Shown: positions 1 through 10,833, numbered from the stretch's first letter. The stretch is 64,000 nucleotides of DNA from an uncultured Clostridia bacterium (GCA_947628735.1 CANRAY010000001.1:74391-138390), one strand, 5' to 3'. Notes: generated from the letters alone by a model not told the origin. A program made the numbers and translations.

Positions 1-916
1 TACTGCTTGATATAGCTCCACCTCTATCTTGTACAACAAACCAACCACCATTTGGTTCATCTGCAAAGTATGGTATATAAATAACTGTTCCCATTGGGTA
101 TGCTGAACCTGCTGCTACTGTATACCAAGCTGATGCTGGTGCACCTGATGCAGTAATACCATTTGTCTTACCACAACAACTCATACAAGGACAATATGCT
201 GATGTATTAAATGTAACAACCTCTGGTGTAATATCAGCTACCTTTTTAGCTAATGTTGTTGAAGCTGTTGCTGCTGGATTTGATGTTGCTGTTCTTGAGC
301 TTCTAGATGTAACTTGTCTTGTTCTAACTTCTATAATTTTATCAATTGGTTCTTTAATAACCTTTGAAGATATTTCTATTTTTTCAATTTCTTTATCATT
401 TTGATATTTTACTTTATAAGTAACTTCTTTTTCACCATCTACACCATCTTGAACTATACTATTTTGTGTAATGCCAGAACCTGTTGAAACATCTTTTGTA
501 ATAGTTTCATATGGTATTTTGACAGTTTCTTTTATAATTTTTTCAATAATTTTTGAATAGTTTTCTTGTAATACTTCTTCTATAGAAACATCTGTTGAAT
601 TTTCTACCTCTGAGGCAATTGCAACATTTTCTGTTTCTTTTGAAATAATAATTGTTTTATTATCAGAAATTTCTTCTTCTTCATTAGGTGTTACTTTTTC
701 ATCTTCAAGCAATATAATATGATTTTCTTCTAAGATTTCTTTGACATTGTTTTTTGTTGTTAATACGTTCATTTCATAGCCACTAGCTAGTACAATTTTT
801 ACGCTATTAACTTTAACATTTCCTGCCATAACACCAATACCTAATAAGAAAATAAGTACAATAGTTATACATATAATCTTTTTTAATGATATTGATGCTT
901 TATCTTCATTTTTCAT
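1..916 (-). CDS. DUF348/G5/3D-domain cell-wall protein, YabE/RpfB-like; C-terminal end runs off the window
   Basis: Absent from the ORF track because there is no stop inside the window. Reverse-strand translation from ATG 916-914 (GGAGGG about 12 nt upstream) gives a signal anchor MKNEDKASISLKKIICITIVLIFLLGIGVMAG. It also gives a G5-like block IKETVKIPYETITKDVSTGSGITQNSIVQDGVDGEKEVTYKVKY and a 3D-domain block FNTSAYCPCMSCCGKTNGITASGAPASAWYTVAAGSAYPMGTVIYIPYF...GGWFVVQDRGGAI. Confidence 0.8.
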   Translation of the reverse strand, partial: MKNEDKASISLKKIICITIVLIFLLGIGVMAGNVKVNSVKIVLASGYEMNVLTTKNNVKEILEENHIILLEDEKVTPNEEEEISDNKTIIISKETENVAIASEVENSTDVSIEEVLQENYSKIIEKIIKETVKIPYETITKDVSTGSGITQNSIVQDGVDGEKEVTYKVKYQNDKEIEKIEISSKVIKEPIDKIIEVRTRQVTSRSSRTATSNPAATASTTLAKKVADITPEVVTFNTSAYCPCMSCCGKTNGITASGAPASAWYTVAAGSAYPMGTVIYIPYFADEPNGGWFVVQDRGGAISSS

Positions 917-1142
917 AAGAATTTCGTTCCCTCCTTTAAAAGCAACACCTATATTATACCATTTATGGAATGATATGTCAAATTTTGATGTTTCTTTGAA
1001 AGTATTGATATATTAATATTATATGTTGCTTGTACCACAAATATGACTGCAAAATAGATAATTTTAGAAAATTTTTATTTTTTTTCACTTCTTGTATTTA
1101 TTTTACATAATATATATCGAGGATAAAAACAAGGAGGAAATT

Positions 1143-1910
1143 ATGGCAAAACTTTTAGAAGTACAGAATTTAAATAAAAAATATCAAAGTTCTCAAAATG
1201 AAATACTTGCATTACAAGATGTTAACTTTTATGTAAATGATGGAGAATTCTTTTCTATAATTGGTCCTAGCGGATGTGGCAAATCCACCCTTTTATCTAT
1301 CATAGCAGGATTAGAAGATAAATCAAGTGGTGAAATATTAATACAAGGTCAAAAAGTAAATGATATTTCTTCTAAAATTGGATATATGCTTCAAAAAGAT
1401 TGCCTACTAGAATGGAGAACTATTTTAAGTAACATATTATTTGGACTTGAAATTAAAGGAAAAATAAATAACGAAACAAAATCTTATGCAGAAAATTTAC
1501 TAAAGAAATACAATTTATATGAATTTAAAGATAAATATCCTTCTGAATTATCAGGAGGTATGAGACAAAGAGTAGCATTAATCAGAACATTAGCTATAAA
1601 ACCTAAAATTCTATTATTAGACGAAGCATTTTCTGCATTAGATTATCAAACAAGAATTATGGTTACAAATGACATCTATCATATTTTAAAAGAAGAAAAT
1701 ATTACAACAATTATGGTAACTCACGATATTTCAGAAGCAATTAGCATGTCTGATAAAGTACTAGTACTAACCAAACGTCCTGGAACTGTTAAAAAAATAC
1801 ATGATATTCAATTTGATATAAAAGATCGATCACCAATTAATTGTAGACAAAATCCTGAATTTACCAAATATTTTGACACCTTATGGAGGGAGTTGGGAAT
1901 AGATGAGTGA
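1143..1910 (+). CDS. ABC transporter ATP-binding protein (NitT/TauT/Ssu-like family)
   Basis: Walker A GPSGCGKST, signature LSGGMRQRV and Walker B LLLDEAFSALD are present. The ATG at 1143 follows AAGGAGG; the track start at 1092 is an upstream extension. Confidence 0.9.
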   Translation: MAKLLEVQNLNKKYQSSQNEILALQDVNFYVNDGEFFSIIGPSGCGKSTLLSIIAGLEDKSSGEILIQGQKVNDISSKIGYMLQKDCLLEWRTILSNILFGLEIKGKINNETKSYAENLLKKYNLYEFKDKYPSELSGGMRQRVALIRTLAIKPKILLLDEAFSALDYQTRIMVTNDIYHILKEENITTIMVTHDISEAISMSDKVLVLTKRPGTVKKIHDIQFDIKDRSPINCRQNPEFTKYFDTLWRELGIDE

Positions 1911-2712
1911 AAATAATATTTCTATTGAACGAAAACAATATTTAAAAAAGAAAAGACAAAAAAAATACTTAATTTTATTAACACAGATTGCTATTTTAGT
2001 TTGTTTCTTGGCATTATGGGAAATCTTAGCTAATTTTGGTATTATAGACAGCTTTATCATGAGTCAGCCAAGTAGAATTTTAAATACTTTTTTTAATCTA
2101 ACCTCAAATGACTTATTAATGCACATATGGGTTACCACCTATGAAACAATAATAGGCTTCCTAATTGGTACATTGCTTGGCACCCTAATAGCAATTATCT
2201 TATGGTGGTCAGATTTTATTGCAAAAGTTTCAGAACCATTTTTAGTTGTTTTAAACAGTTTACCTAAAGTTGCTCTTGGGCCTGTTATCATTATATGGGT
2301 TGGTGCCGGTACACCTGCTATTATTGTAATGGCTATTGCTATTTCATTAATTGTTACAATTTTAGAAAATTTAAATGGATTTATGAAAACAGACAAAGAT
2401 ATCATAAAAATGGCCAAAACATTTAATGCTTCTAAGTTTCAAATACTTACCAAAGTAGTAATTCCCGCTAACTTATCGACTTTCATCAATTCTCTAAAAG
2501 TAAATATTGGTCTATCTCTTGTAGGAGTTATTTCAGGTGAATTTTTAGTTTCAAAAGCTGGCTTGGGTTATTTAATTGTTTATGGAGGTCAAGTATTTAA
2601 ATTAGATTTAGTTATGACAAGTGTATTAATTTTAGGAATTGTCGCAGGTTTAATGTATGCCTCCGTTTTGCTCCTTGAAAAAATTATTCTTCATACAAAA
2701 AAATTTAAATAA
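1903..2712 (+). CDS. ABC transporter permease (NitT/TauT-like, BPD inner-membrane component)
   Basis: Multi-TM protein that overlaps the ATPase stop by 8 nt, indicating operon coupling. The hydrophobic profile and position are typical of the permease partner. Confidence 0.85.
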   Translation: MSENNISIERKQYLKKKRQKKYLILLTQIAILVCFLALWEILANFGIIDSFIMSQPSRILNTFFNLTSNDLLMHIWVTTYETIIGFLIGTLLGTLIAIILWWSDFIAKVSEPFLVVLNSLPKVALGPVIIIWVGAGTPAIIVMAIAISLIVTILENLNGFMKTDKDIIKMAKTFNASKFQILTKVVIPANLSTFINSLKVNIGLSLVGVISGEFLVSKAGLGYLIVYGGQVFKLDLVMTSVLILGIVAGLMYASVLLLEKIILHTKKFK

Positions 2713-2758
2713 AATATAACATATCAAATTTAATAATATATGAAAGGGGAATGATACT

Positions 2759-3772
2759 TTGAAACGAATCATTACAATTTCAATAGCAGTCATAATTTTA
2801 ATTGCTATAATTATAGGAATTATATCATCAAATAATTCCCAAAATACAAGCTCTGACTTAAAACTAATAAAAGTAAACGAAGTAACACGTTCTGTTTTCT
2901 ATGCTCCACAATATGTTGCAATTAATAAAGGATTCTTCGAAGAAAATGGAATTCAAATAGAGCTAACAACCGGGCAAGGAGCTGATGCTGTTATGACCGC
3001 TGTTCTTGCTAATCAATGTGACATAGGTTTTGCTGGTCCGGAAGCATCTATTTATGTTTACAATGAAGGTAAAGAAGATCATACTCAAGTATTTGCACAA
3101 CTAACCAAAAAAGATGGTTCATTTTTAGTAGCTAGAACAGACACAGACAATTTTGATTGGAAAGATTTAAAAGGAAAAACAGTAATTCCTGGACGTAAAG
3201 GCGGAGTTCCTTATATGACTTTAGAATATGTTTTAAAACAAAATGGAATTAACCCAGAAAAAGATTTAGTATTAGATGATAGTATAAAATTTGATCTAAT
3301 GGCTGGTGCTTTTGCTTCTGGAAATGCTGACTATGTAACTTTATTTGAACCTACCGCTTCTCTAACTGAACAAGAAAATAAAGGATATGTTGTAGCATCT
3401 GTTGGTAAGGAAGCTGGTGAAATTCCATATACAGCATACTTTGCAAAGGAAAGCTATATACAAGATAACGAAAATACCATTCAACAATTTACAAATGCTA
3501 TCTATAAAGGTCAACAATGGGTAAAAACACATTCTTCTAAGGAAATTGCAGAAGTAATACAAGATTTCTTTCCAGATACAGACTTAAGCCTACTAGAATC
3601 TGCAATTCAAAGCTATAAAGATATTGACGCATGGAATGATACACCAGTACTAGAAGAAGATTCATATAATAGATTACAAGAGGTTATGACATTAGCTGGT
3701 GAATTAGAGCAGAAAGCTCCTTATACAGAAATAGTCAATAACACATATGCTAAAAACGCTATTCAACAATAG
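2759..3772 (+). CDS. ABC substrate-binding lipoprotein/anchored protein, NMT1/THI5-like family
   Basis: N-terminal signal anchor, then YAPQYVAINKGFFEENGI...GADYVTLFEPTAS, typical of NMT1/THI5-like binding proteins. TTG start after AAAGGGGA. Third gene of the ABC operon. Confidence 0.8.
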   Translation: MKRIITISIAVIILIAIIIGIISSNNSQNTSSDLKLIKVNEVTRSVFYAPQYVAINKGFFEENGIQIELTTGQGADAVMTAVLANQCDIGFAGPEASIYVYNEGKEDHTQVFAQLTKKDGSFLVARTDTDNFDWKDLKGKTVIPGRKGGVPYMTLEYVLKQNGINPEKDLVLDDSIKFDLMAGAFASGNADYVTLFEPTASLTEQENKGYVVASVGKEAGEIPYTAYFAKESYIQDNENTIQQFTNAIYKGQQWVKTHSSKEIAEVIQDFFPDTDLSLLESAIQSYKDIDAWNDTPVLEEDSYNRLQEVMTLAGELEQKAPYTEIVNNTYAKNAIQQ

Positions 3773-3799
3773 CATAAAAATTCATAGATAAAAATAATA

Positions 3800-3833
3800 A
3801 AAAATGATAATGCTTTTATACATTATCATTTTT
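3800..3833. terminator. Bidirectional rho-independent terminator between convergent genes
   Basis: Perfect 13-bp stem AAAAATGATAATG / CATTATCATTTTT with an 8-nt loop. A- and T-runs on either side. Confidence 0.7.
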
Positions 3834-3862
3834 CTTATTTTTATTTGATAATTCTTTTCCAC

Positions 3863-4726
3863 TTATCCTATCTCAAAAATTTTTTCTGCATTTTCATATG
3901 TTTTTTCTGCAACTTCTTCTATTGTGCAGTTCTTTACTTCTGCAACCTTTTTTGCCATATAATAAACATTTCTAGAATCATTTCTTTGTCCTCTATTAGG
4001 TTCTGGTGAAAGATATGGGCTATCTGTTTCTATAAGAATTCTATCTAATGGTACCATTTCAATAATTTCATTAGCATTTTTTGAATTTTTAAAAGTAATT
4101 GGTCCTGCAAAAGAAATATAAAATCCTAGCTGTAGAGCTTGTTTAACTAATTCTCTATTTAATGGACAACAATGAAAAATTCCTTTTTTAGAAACTGTAA
4201 CTTCATTTTTTAAAATATGAATTGTATCATCTACCGCTTCTCTTGTATGAATTACAATTGGTAAATTTAATTTATTTGCTAATAGAATTTGTTGAATAAA
4301 TGCATATTTTTGTAATTCTTTATTTTCTTTATTCCAATAATAGTCTAATCCTATTTCTCCAATTGCTACTATTTTTTTACTGATTTTATCTCCAGTTTTG
4401 CTAGGTTTTACCTGATTATTTTCCACATCTTCCACACATCTAGATTCATCCATATTACTTTTAATCAGCATTTCTAATTCATTTATTTGTTGATCAATTT
4501 CTAATTTAGTTTCAGGTATATCATTAGGTGAAATTCCACAAATAACATACATCCATTCATAATTTTTAGCTATTTCTATTGCTTTCTTAGAAGATTCTAA
4601 ACTATATCCAGCATTAACTAATTTCTCTACCCCGGATTCATATATTTTTTGAATAATTTCTTCTCTATCAGCATCAAACTTTTCATCATTATAGTGTGCA
4701 TGTGTGTCAAATAACTTTATACTCAT
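3863..4726 (-). CDS. TatD-family metal-dependent hydrolase (YabD-like)
   Basis: FDTHAHY start motif, AIGEIGLDYYW, PIVIHTREA and ILIETDSPYLSP motifs. Carries an extra segment of about 30 aa (NMDESRCVEDVENNQVKPSKTGDKISKK) before the GEIGLDY motif. Confidence 0.9.
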   Translation of the reverse strand: MSIKLFDTHAHYNDEKFDADREEIIQKIYESGVEKLVNAGYSLESSKKAIEIAKNYEWMYVICGISPNDIPETKLEIDQQINELEMLIKSNMDESRCVEDVENNQVKPSKTGDKISKKIVAIGEIGLDYYWNKENKELQKYAFIQQILLANKLNLPIVIHTREAVDDTIHILKNEVTVSKKGIFHCCPLNRELVKQALQLGFYISFAGPITFKNSKNANEIIEMVPLDRILIETDSPYLSPEPNRGQRNDSRNVYYMAKKVAEVKNCTIEEVAEKTYENAEKIFEIG

Positions 4727-4731
4727 AATTT

Positions 4732-5121
4732 TTAATCCTCTTCAAACATAGCTACCACAGTAGCTATTGCATAATCTTTTATATGAGAAATACTAATATC
4801 TACATTTTTTAATTTTTCTAAACGTCCATTTTTTAATTTTTTTATATTAATTGCTGGTTTTCCCTCTTTATCGTTAATAATCTCTATTTCTTTCCATAGA
4901 GCATCTTCTTTATCTTCTATATGAGAAGATATTGCCTTAAATGTAGCCTCTTTAGCAGCAAATCTCGCAGCCAAATGCTGATATTTCATTTTCTTAGACT
5001 TATTGCAATACTCTATTTCATTTTGTGTATATATTTTATCTAAAAAGTTTTCTCCTATTTTTTGAACAGCTTCTTTAATACGTGCAACTTCTATAATATC
5101 TACACCAGTTGTTACTTTCAT
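4732..5121 (-). CDS. acpS: Holo-[acyl-carrier-protein] synthase
   Basis: 129 aa. GVDIIEVARI N-terminal motif, FAAKEATFKA and ISISH motifs typical of AcpS. Confidence 0.9.
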   Translation of the reverse strand: MKVTTGVDIIEVARIKEAVQKIGENFLDKIYTQNEIEYCNKSKKMKYQHLAARFAAKEATFKAISSHIEDKEDALWKEIEIINDKEGKPAINIKKLKNGRLEKLKNVDISISHIKDYAIATVVAMFEED

Positions 5122-5133
5122 GTTCCCTCCGTT

Positions 5134-6372
5134 TTATTTTAATACCATTAAAATAATACCTAAAATATTAAGAACTATTAATATACTTACAATTACCAAA
5201 ACTTGCTTATTGATCTTACTGGTTGTTTCTATATGGTATTTCTTATATAATACTTCATATTTACTTTTTAATTTTATAAATACATCTTCTACTTCTAAAA
5301 TGTCTTCCCACTTTTTTATTAAATTCTTTCCAAAATCATCATTTGTAATCTCTTGAATCCATAATTCCTTAGTAAATTTCAAAAATTCTTTTTCTGTATA
5401 CTTGAAATCCTTCATTTTATTAAATTGATAGTTTAACTTTTTCAACAAAAATTTCTTGTATAAAGAAATAATATATGTATACAAGTATTCACTTTCATAT
5501 TTTTGAGCAACATATGTATAATTAACTGGATTGATATCTGAAGTTAATAATACAGTTCCCAAACTTGAAAATCCATATTTGGCAAATTTGCTTTCATACA
5601 TTTCTTTTTCTGTATTTTCATATATAACATCAGTTACCTGCCTACTTGCTGGTAAAATTTCTCTATATTTTAAAAACATACTCTGAATATACTCATTTTC
5701 GCCATTTTCATTCCATGAATTCTGATCTAGACACACGTATGAATAAACAATAAATTTTTCATTATCTATATTTAGTTTTTTATTAGCAATCTTTCCACCC
5801 GTAATTTCCTTAATAATGTCTGATATCTCTTGCACATCTTTAAAAGTATCTGATTGAATTTTAATATTTTCATATTCTTTTAAATTATATGTTTTCGAAT
5901 TTGCTTCACGAAATTTATAATTAAAATTTAAAATATCTGAAAAGCTACCATCTTGTTGTAATGATGTTTTAAAAACTAAAAAACAAATTCCAGATTGATA
6001 ACAAATTATTTTAATTTCATTTATTTCAAAGAATATACCATTATTAGCTCCTACTTTTCCCTGTAAATTTTTCTCTAATTGATAAGAAAAAATATTACAA
6101 TCTTTCTTTGCTAATAAATTAGCTTGCATATTAATATCTAAATCTTTTAAATTTTTTATCTTATCATGGTCCAACTCAAATGACCAAAACATACTCTCAC
6201 GAATACTAGGTAAAAAGTAATGATATAAGTGTAAATCTCTTTCTTTTTCAAAAATACGTAAACTACACTTCTTATTTTTTAGTAATCTTAATAGATACTT
6301 ATTATACTTTCTACAATCAATAACATATGGGTAAATAAAATATGTATATTGATATTTTGTCATTAGTTCCAT
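5134..6372 (-). CDS. Hypothetical protein with a single C-terminal TM helix
   Basis: Long clean ORF. GGAGG sits 5 nt before the ATG at 6372 (the track start at 6384 is 4 codons upstream). C-terminal helix VLVIVSILIVLNILGIILMVL. No family recognised by eye. Confidence 0.6.
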   Translation of the reverse strand: MELMTKYQYTYFIYPYVIDCRKYNKYLLRLLKNKKCSLRIFEKERDLHLYHYFLPSIRESMFWSFELDHDKIKNLKDLDINMQANLLAKKDCNIFSYQLEKNLQGKVGANNGIFFEINEIKIICYQSGICFLVFKTSLQQDGSFSDILNFNYKFREANSKTYNLKEYENIKIQSDTFKDVQEISDIIKEITGGKIANKKLNIDNEKFIVYSYVCLDQNSWNENGENEYIQSMFLKYREILPASRQVTDVIYENTEKEMYESKFAKYGFSSLGTVLLTSDINPVNYTYVAQKYESEYLYTYIISLYKKFLLKKLNYQFNKMKDFKYTEKEFLKFTKELWIQEITNDDFGKNLIKKWEDILEVEDVFIKLKSKYEVLYKKYHIETTSKINKQVLVIVSILIVLNILGIILMVLK

Positions 6373-6384
6373 TTTTTCCTCCAT

Positions 6385-7905
6385 TTATTTATCAGTAAAA
6401 TAATTTAAATTCAAATCCTCACCTAAATGCCATTTTCCAATAAATTCTACTAAAATATTATTTTCTAATTTATATGATGGTGTAATAATAACTTCTCCTT
6501 TTGAATTTACACAACCCCATAATCCATCTTTTTTAATACTAGCATAACCATAAGCATTTTGTTCTCTGGCATCATCATAAATGTAATCAACAACAACTAT
6601 TCCATTTTTGTCTACAAAGCCATATTTTCCATCTTTTTTTGATAAAAAGATAGTATTATTTTTCAAAACATCTTGGCTATTTTTTTGTTCAAACCTAAAA
6701 TTATAATACTGATATTCATTTCCAACTCTTACTCTCATATATCCATCTTCTGCATTAATTTCTGATATAATTCCAGTTAAACGAACTTGTAAATCAGAAT
6801 CCATTAAATCTGAAGTATAATCTGCATTAACTGCCTCATAGAAATTTGTATTATTTCTATATGTAATACTTGAATATTTCAAATCTACTAATTGCTCTCC
6901 ATTTGTATTAACAATTCCATATTTTTTATTTTTTCCTACGATATAGTTATCACCTGTTGCATATTTTATATCATCATATTCAGTATTTATTACTTTCTTA
7001 TTTCCAGAAATAGAAATAACTCCATACTTATTTCCAGATTTTACAATAGCAAAATCACCATTTATTGCTGTAATATCATCATACTCTCCACCAAAATATT
7101 CTTTTCTATCTTTATCAACAATCTTTAATTGTCCATCTTCCTCAACTACATAATATTGGCTATTTCCATACACTTTTTTAATACGATCATATTTTGTTTC
7201 TAAAACCACACTTTTATTTAAATTTATAACTCCATATTTTCCATTAGCTTGTACAATATATCCATTTTCATATTTTTCTGAAATAGCTTGAATATCTTGG
7301 TATTCATTTTGAATAATAACTGCTCCTGTATTATCAATTAAGCCCTGTTTACCATCTTTTACTGTAACTAAACTATTAGATGTTCCTGGTATTACTTCGA
7401 TAGAATCATAAATACAATCTACTAATTTATTTCCTTTAAAATCAATAATTCCATATTTTCCGTCTTTTCTAACTTTTAAAATACCTTCTTCATACCATAA
7501 AGTATGATCTTTATCGTAATTTTCAAGTGCTTCTACAAGTTCATATTCTGTAAATAATTCTTCGTTTTTTTCATTTAATACTTTTACTTTATAAGTATTA
7601 TTTTCATAATTTACATCATATGTACAAAGGAAGATTCCTTGTGCATTATCTGGTACAATAATTGCCTCATCATAAGTTGGTTCTATAATCATTTGACCTC
7701 TTGAATCTATAACTCCCCATTTTGTATCTGTATAAACTGGGAAATATCTTAAAGCTACAACTTTTTCTTTAGTACTTTCTTCTGGATTCATTAGTTTATT
7801 AAGTCCCATAATAAACATTATAATAACAGCAAAAGCAATAACTACTGCAAAAACCTTTTTCATATTTAGTTTTCTCTCGCCGTCATATCTTCTTCCTTTA
7901 TTCAT
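6385..7905 (-). CDS. Membrane-anchored WG-repeat (KWG-type) protein
   Basis: N-terminal TM helix, followed by about 10 copies of the motif GKYG(V/I)I(D/N)xxG...(I/V)xxxYD. GGAGG lies 8 nt before the ATG at 7905. Confidence 0.75.
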   Translation of the reverse strand: MNKGRRYDGERKLNMKKVFAVVIAFAVIIMFIMGLNKLMNPEESTKEKVVALRYFPVYTDTKWGVIDSRGQMIIEPTYDEAIIVPDNAQGIFLCTYDVNYENNTYKVKVLNEKNEELFTEYELVEALENYDKDHTLWYEEGILKVRKDGKYGIIDFKGNKLVDCIYDSIEVIPGTSNSLVTVKDGKQGLIDNTGAVIIQNEYQDIQAISEKYENGYIVQANGKYGVINLNKSVVLETKYDRIKKVYGNSQYYVVEEDGQLKIVDKDRKEYFGGEYDDITAINGDFAIVKSGNKYGVISISGNKKVINTEYDDIKYATGDNYIVGKNKKYGIVNTNGEQLVDLKYSSITYRNNTNFYEAVNADYTSDLMDSDLQVRLTGIISEINAEDGYMRVRVGNEYQYYNFRFEQKNSQDVLKNNTIFLSKKDGKYGFVDKNGIVVVDYIYDDAREQNAYGYASIKKDGLWGCVNSKGEVIITPSYKLENNILVEFIGKWHLGEDLNLNYFTDK

Positions 7906-7968
7906 ACATTCTTCCTCCATTAATGGCTTTTATTCAACATATACTATATCATAATTAGACATAAAAAT

Positions 7969-8002
7969 ACAAGAATTTATAAGAAATATTACAAATTCTT
8001 GT
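7969..8002 (-). terminator. Rho-independent terminator downstream of spoIIE
   Basis: 10-bp stem ACAAGAATTT / AAATTCTTGT with a T-rich tail on the minus strand. Confidence 0.55.
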
Positions 8003-8026
8003 ATTTTTTATCATTTTATATATTTG

Positions 8027-10516
8027 TTATTTTTTCTTCATTATTTTTGCTACTATTACTGTCATATCATCCTTTTGCATACCGAAATCATTATCTATTG
8101 CCTCTCCCATAATGATATCTGCAATTTTCTGAACGTCATCTGTTTCAATATCTTCTAACAAATATTTTACCCAAACCTGCTTATTCAAATACTCCTTATT
8201 TGAATCAATAATACCATCTGTACACATAACTAAAATATCGCCATCTTGTAAATCATAATCATAAACCACTAAATCTACATTTTCTAAAATACCTGTTGGT
8301 AATGATACAGATTGTAGCAGCTGAACCGCATGATCTCTTTTTACATATGTAGGACATGCACTATTTTTAATAAATTCCATATTTCCATTAAATAAATCAA
8401 GTACCTCTATATCTAAAGTAGCATACATATCTTCCTCAGTATTAGCTGATAAAGTAGAGTTAATAAGTTTAATTGATACATCTTTTTCAAAACCTGCCGA
8501 AAGTAGTCTTTCTAACATTTTAATAGCTATTTTGCTACTTTTCATAGCTTCAGGTCCTGAACCCATACCATCACTAATAGCTAATAAATACTTGCCATCA
8601 TCCAATTTTATTTGCAAACTCGTATCTCCTGAAACTGGAGAACCAGCTTTTGTAGATTTTGCAATTCCTATTTGTAAACGATAATTATCATCAGATAAAT
8701 ATGTAAATTTACACTCATTTTTATTAAGCCTTAATCCACATTCTTGCTTTTGCATAACCATTTTTTGATTTAACACTTTACTAAGAATCTTACAAATCTT
8801 TTTTATATTACATTCCGTTCCATCTGTTGTATTACAAATATCTGTATAAACATCTACACAAAATCTTCCTGCTTTCGATTGTTTAATATGAATATCCTTT
8901 ATTTGAATTTCTTTTTGATCTAATAATTTTCTAATTTCTTCTTCTTTTTCAGCAAAAATATTTTCCTCTTTATCCATATCTTTTGCCATCTTTGAAATTG
9001 CTTCAGAAACACCTTTTAATTGGCTAGATACATTCTTTTTGCTCTCATCTAATTTCTTTTTCCAAATAAAATTCATCTTACTAATACGATATGAATAATT
9101 AATAACTTTTATTGCCTTTGAAACGTCTTCTTTAGCTTGTAAATCACTATTATCAAAACCTACAATATAGCTATTATGATTAGCCAAAATTTGGATCAAA
9201 TCCTTCTCTGAAATCATTTCCTTATCTAAAAGTTTATTAAATATTTCAATTAACAATTCTTCATCTGGATCATATAATTCTTCATATAATAAATTATTTT
9301 CTATTCCATCCAAATTTTTATGAAGCTCTTCTTTAAATACATCAACATTACGCTTTTCCTGCTCTTTTAAATCATCTTCTGACAAAATTGTAGCAGCCGC
9401 TTCTTCATAACTATCAGCCATATCTTGAATTGTTTCCGAAATACTATTTAATTTATAAATTGTATCTTTGTTTCCTTCAATTCCTTTTCCTGTTGTTTCA
9501 GGTAACAACTTAGTTGTACCAAATAAATCTTCAATTTTAATCTCCACACTTTTGGGAATAGCTAAAAGCCCAAGAGATGCAATTAGAATTTCTTGGAAAG
9601 TAATTAACTCCACAGTATTTCCATTAGATACATATGCAATAATAACATTTCCCAATAAAAATCCAACAATAACTCCAATTCTGCCAAATCTATTCATAAT
9701 ACCTGCAATCATTCCAGAAACTGCATAAGCTGCAATCATAATAGGTTCTGATCCACATATAATTCCTAAAACTATTCCTATAGTAATACCTGAAGTAGCA
9801 CCTACTAAAATACCATTTTTCCAGCCTAAAGCCAAAACAATTAAAATACTAAGTATATTTCTTAATGAAAATCCGAAAATGCTAAAATCTCCTAAAGCAG
9901 AAACCGTAATAGCTAATAATAAACTTGTCCCCATTACTTCTTCTATAGTAAATGCTTTTTTATGTCCCAAATTTTGAATCATTCCAATTGAACTAACAAA
10001 TATCTTATAAAAAATATATGTTGCCATTCCTAACATCATACTTGCTAAAAAATCATATACATAAAATGTTCCAAAAAATATTGGTACTACTTGTACAATA
10101 AACACAGAAAAGAAAAGATGAATTCCTATCTTTCTTTGCTCATTTACTCCTTCTTGAATATGTGGCCTAACAAACAAAACTACTACAAAAAATAATAGTG
10201 AAGTTATAATATAAGTAAGAGTATTATTAAGGCCAAACTTCAAAAAGGTTCCTATAATAGAAAGTACATACATAATACCAATTGGCTGACCATTACTAAA
10301 AGCCGCAGCTATAATAGCAAGTCCAAAAGGAACAAATGAAAATAACACATTTTCAGATGAAAAGCCTACCATAGATATAATAAAAGTAATCAAATATAAA
10401 ATGATATTTTTCTTATCAAATAGCTTTTTTATAATCTCTTTAAAGTCTTTTTTATTATTTAATTCAACATCCTCATAAAGATTCTCATCAGAATCTTTTG
10501 ATATATTTTGAAACAT
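8027..10516 (-). CDS. spoIIE: Stage II sporulation protein E (membrane PP2C phosphatase)
   Basis: About 10 N-terminal TM helices, a central linker and a C-terminal PP2C domain (SGDTS...AISDGMGSG...VMCTDGIID...DDMTVIVAKI). GAGGTGG RBS before the ATG at 10516; the track start at 10600 is an extension. Confidence 0.9.
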   Translation of the reverse strand: MFQNISKDSDENLYEDVELNNKKDFKEIIKKLFDKKNIILYLITFIISMVGFSSENVLFSFVPFGLAIIAAAFSNGQPIGIMYVLSIIGTFLKFGLNNTLTYIITSLLFFVVVLFVRPHIQEGVNEQRKIGIHLFFSVFIVQVVPIFFGTFYVYDFLASMMLGMATYIFYKIFVSSIGMIQNLGHKKAFTIEEVMGTSLLLAITVSALGDFSIFGFSLRNILSILIVLALGWKNGILVGATSGITIGIVLGIICGSEPIMIAAYAVSGMIAGIMNRFGRIGVIVGFLLGNVIIAYVSNGNTVELITFQEILIASLGLLAIPKSVEIKIEDLFGTTKLLPETTGKGIEGNKDTIYKLNSISETIQDMADSYEEAAATILSEDDLKEQEKRNVDVFKEELHKNLDGIENNLLYEELYDPDEELLIEIFNKLLDKEMISEKDLIQILANHNSYIVGFDNSDLQAKEDVSKAIKVINYSYRISKMNFIWKKKLDESKKNVSSQLKGVSEAISKMAKDMDKEENIFAEKEEEIRKLLDQKEIQIKDIHIKQSKAGRFCVDVYTDICNTTDGTECNIKKICKILSKVLNQKMVMQKQECGLRLNKNECKFTYLSDDNYRLQIGIAKSTKAGSPVSGDTSLQIKLDDGKYLLAISDGMGSGPEAMKSSKIAIKMLERLLSAGFEKDVSIKLINSTLSANTEEDMYATLDIEVLDLFNGNMEFIKNSACPTYVKRDHAVQLLQSVSLPTGILENVDLVVYDYDLQDGDILVMCTDGIIDSNKEYLNKQVWVKYLLEDIETDDVQKIADIIMGEAIDNDFGMQKDDMTVIVAKIMKKK

Positions 10517-10749
10517 CCTTACCACCTCAACCTTTTCTATTTTGTATAAATTCATATACTTGCCATAATTATAGAACGTAAAACTAGAGCTTTTTGTCAA
10601 AATTACTACACAAAACAGAAAAGTTTTTTACAATATGTGATATATCATTTTATTATTTTACTTAATAAAACAATTTGTAGATATCATTTTATCTTAATGT
10701 GCCGAAAAATTCAATATTTTTTCGATAAAACTTATAAAATAAAGTTTAA

Positions 10750-10797
10750 AAAATGTATCTCAAATGTCATTTTTATTTAACATTTGAGATACATTTT
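10750..10797 (-). terminator. Rho-independent terminator after the 1028-aa Fn3 gene
   Basis: Perfect 18-bp inverted repeat AAAATGTATCTCAAATGT / ACATTTGAGATACATTTT, followed by a T-run on the minus strand. Confidence 0.8.
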
Positions 10798-10833
10798 AAA
10801 TCATTATTTAAATACAACTTACTGTCTATTCAT

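Noticed and set aside
930-1142. A possible TPP or other riboswitch upstream of the NMT1/THI5-like ABC operon.
   Set aside because: I looked for the TPP core (CUGAGA ... ACCUGAUCUGGAUAAUGCCAGCG-like) and for T-box or terminator-antiterminator structures. None is present in this AT-rich leader.
4380-4480. The insertion of about 30 aa in the TatD-family hydrolase, considered as a possible novel domain.
   Set aside because: It is short, charged and low-complexity, and lies in a loop before the GEIGLDY motif. It is most simply a lineage-specific loop and does not merit a separate claim.
10590-10730. Spo0A boxes upstream of spoIIE: TGCCGAA at 10700-10706, and near-matches TGTCAAA at about 10595 and TTCGATA at 10721-10727.
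   Set aside because: There is one exact 7-mer and two one-mismatch 7-mers in AT-rich DNA. They lie 80-210 nt from the start codon and no promoter has been mapped. This is too weak to annotate as a regulatory site.
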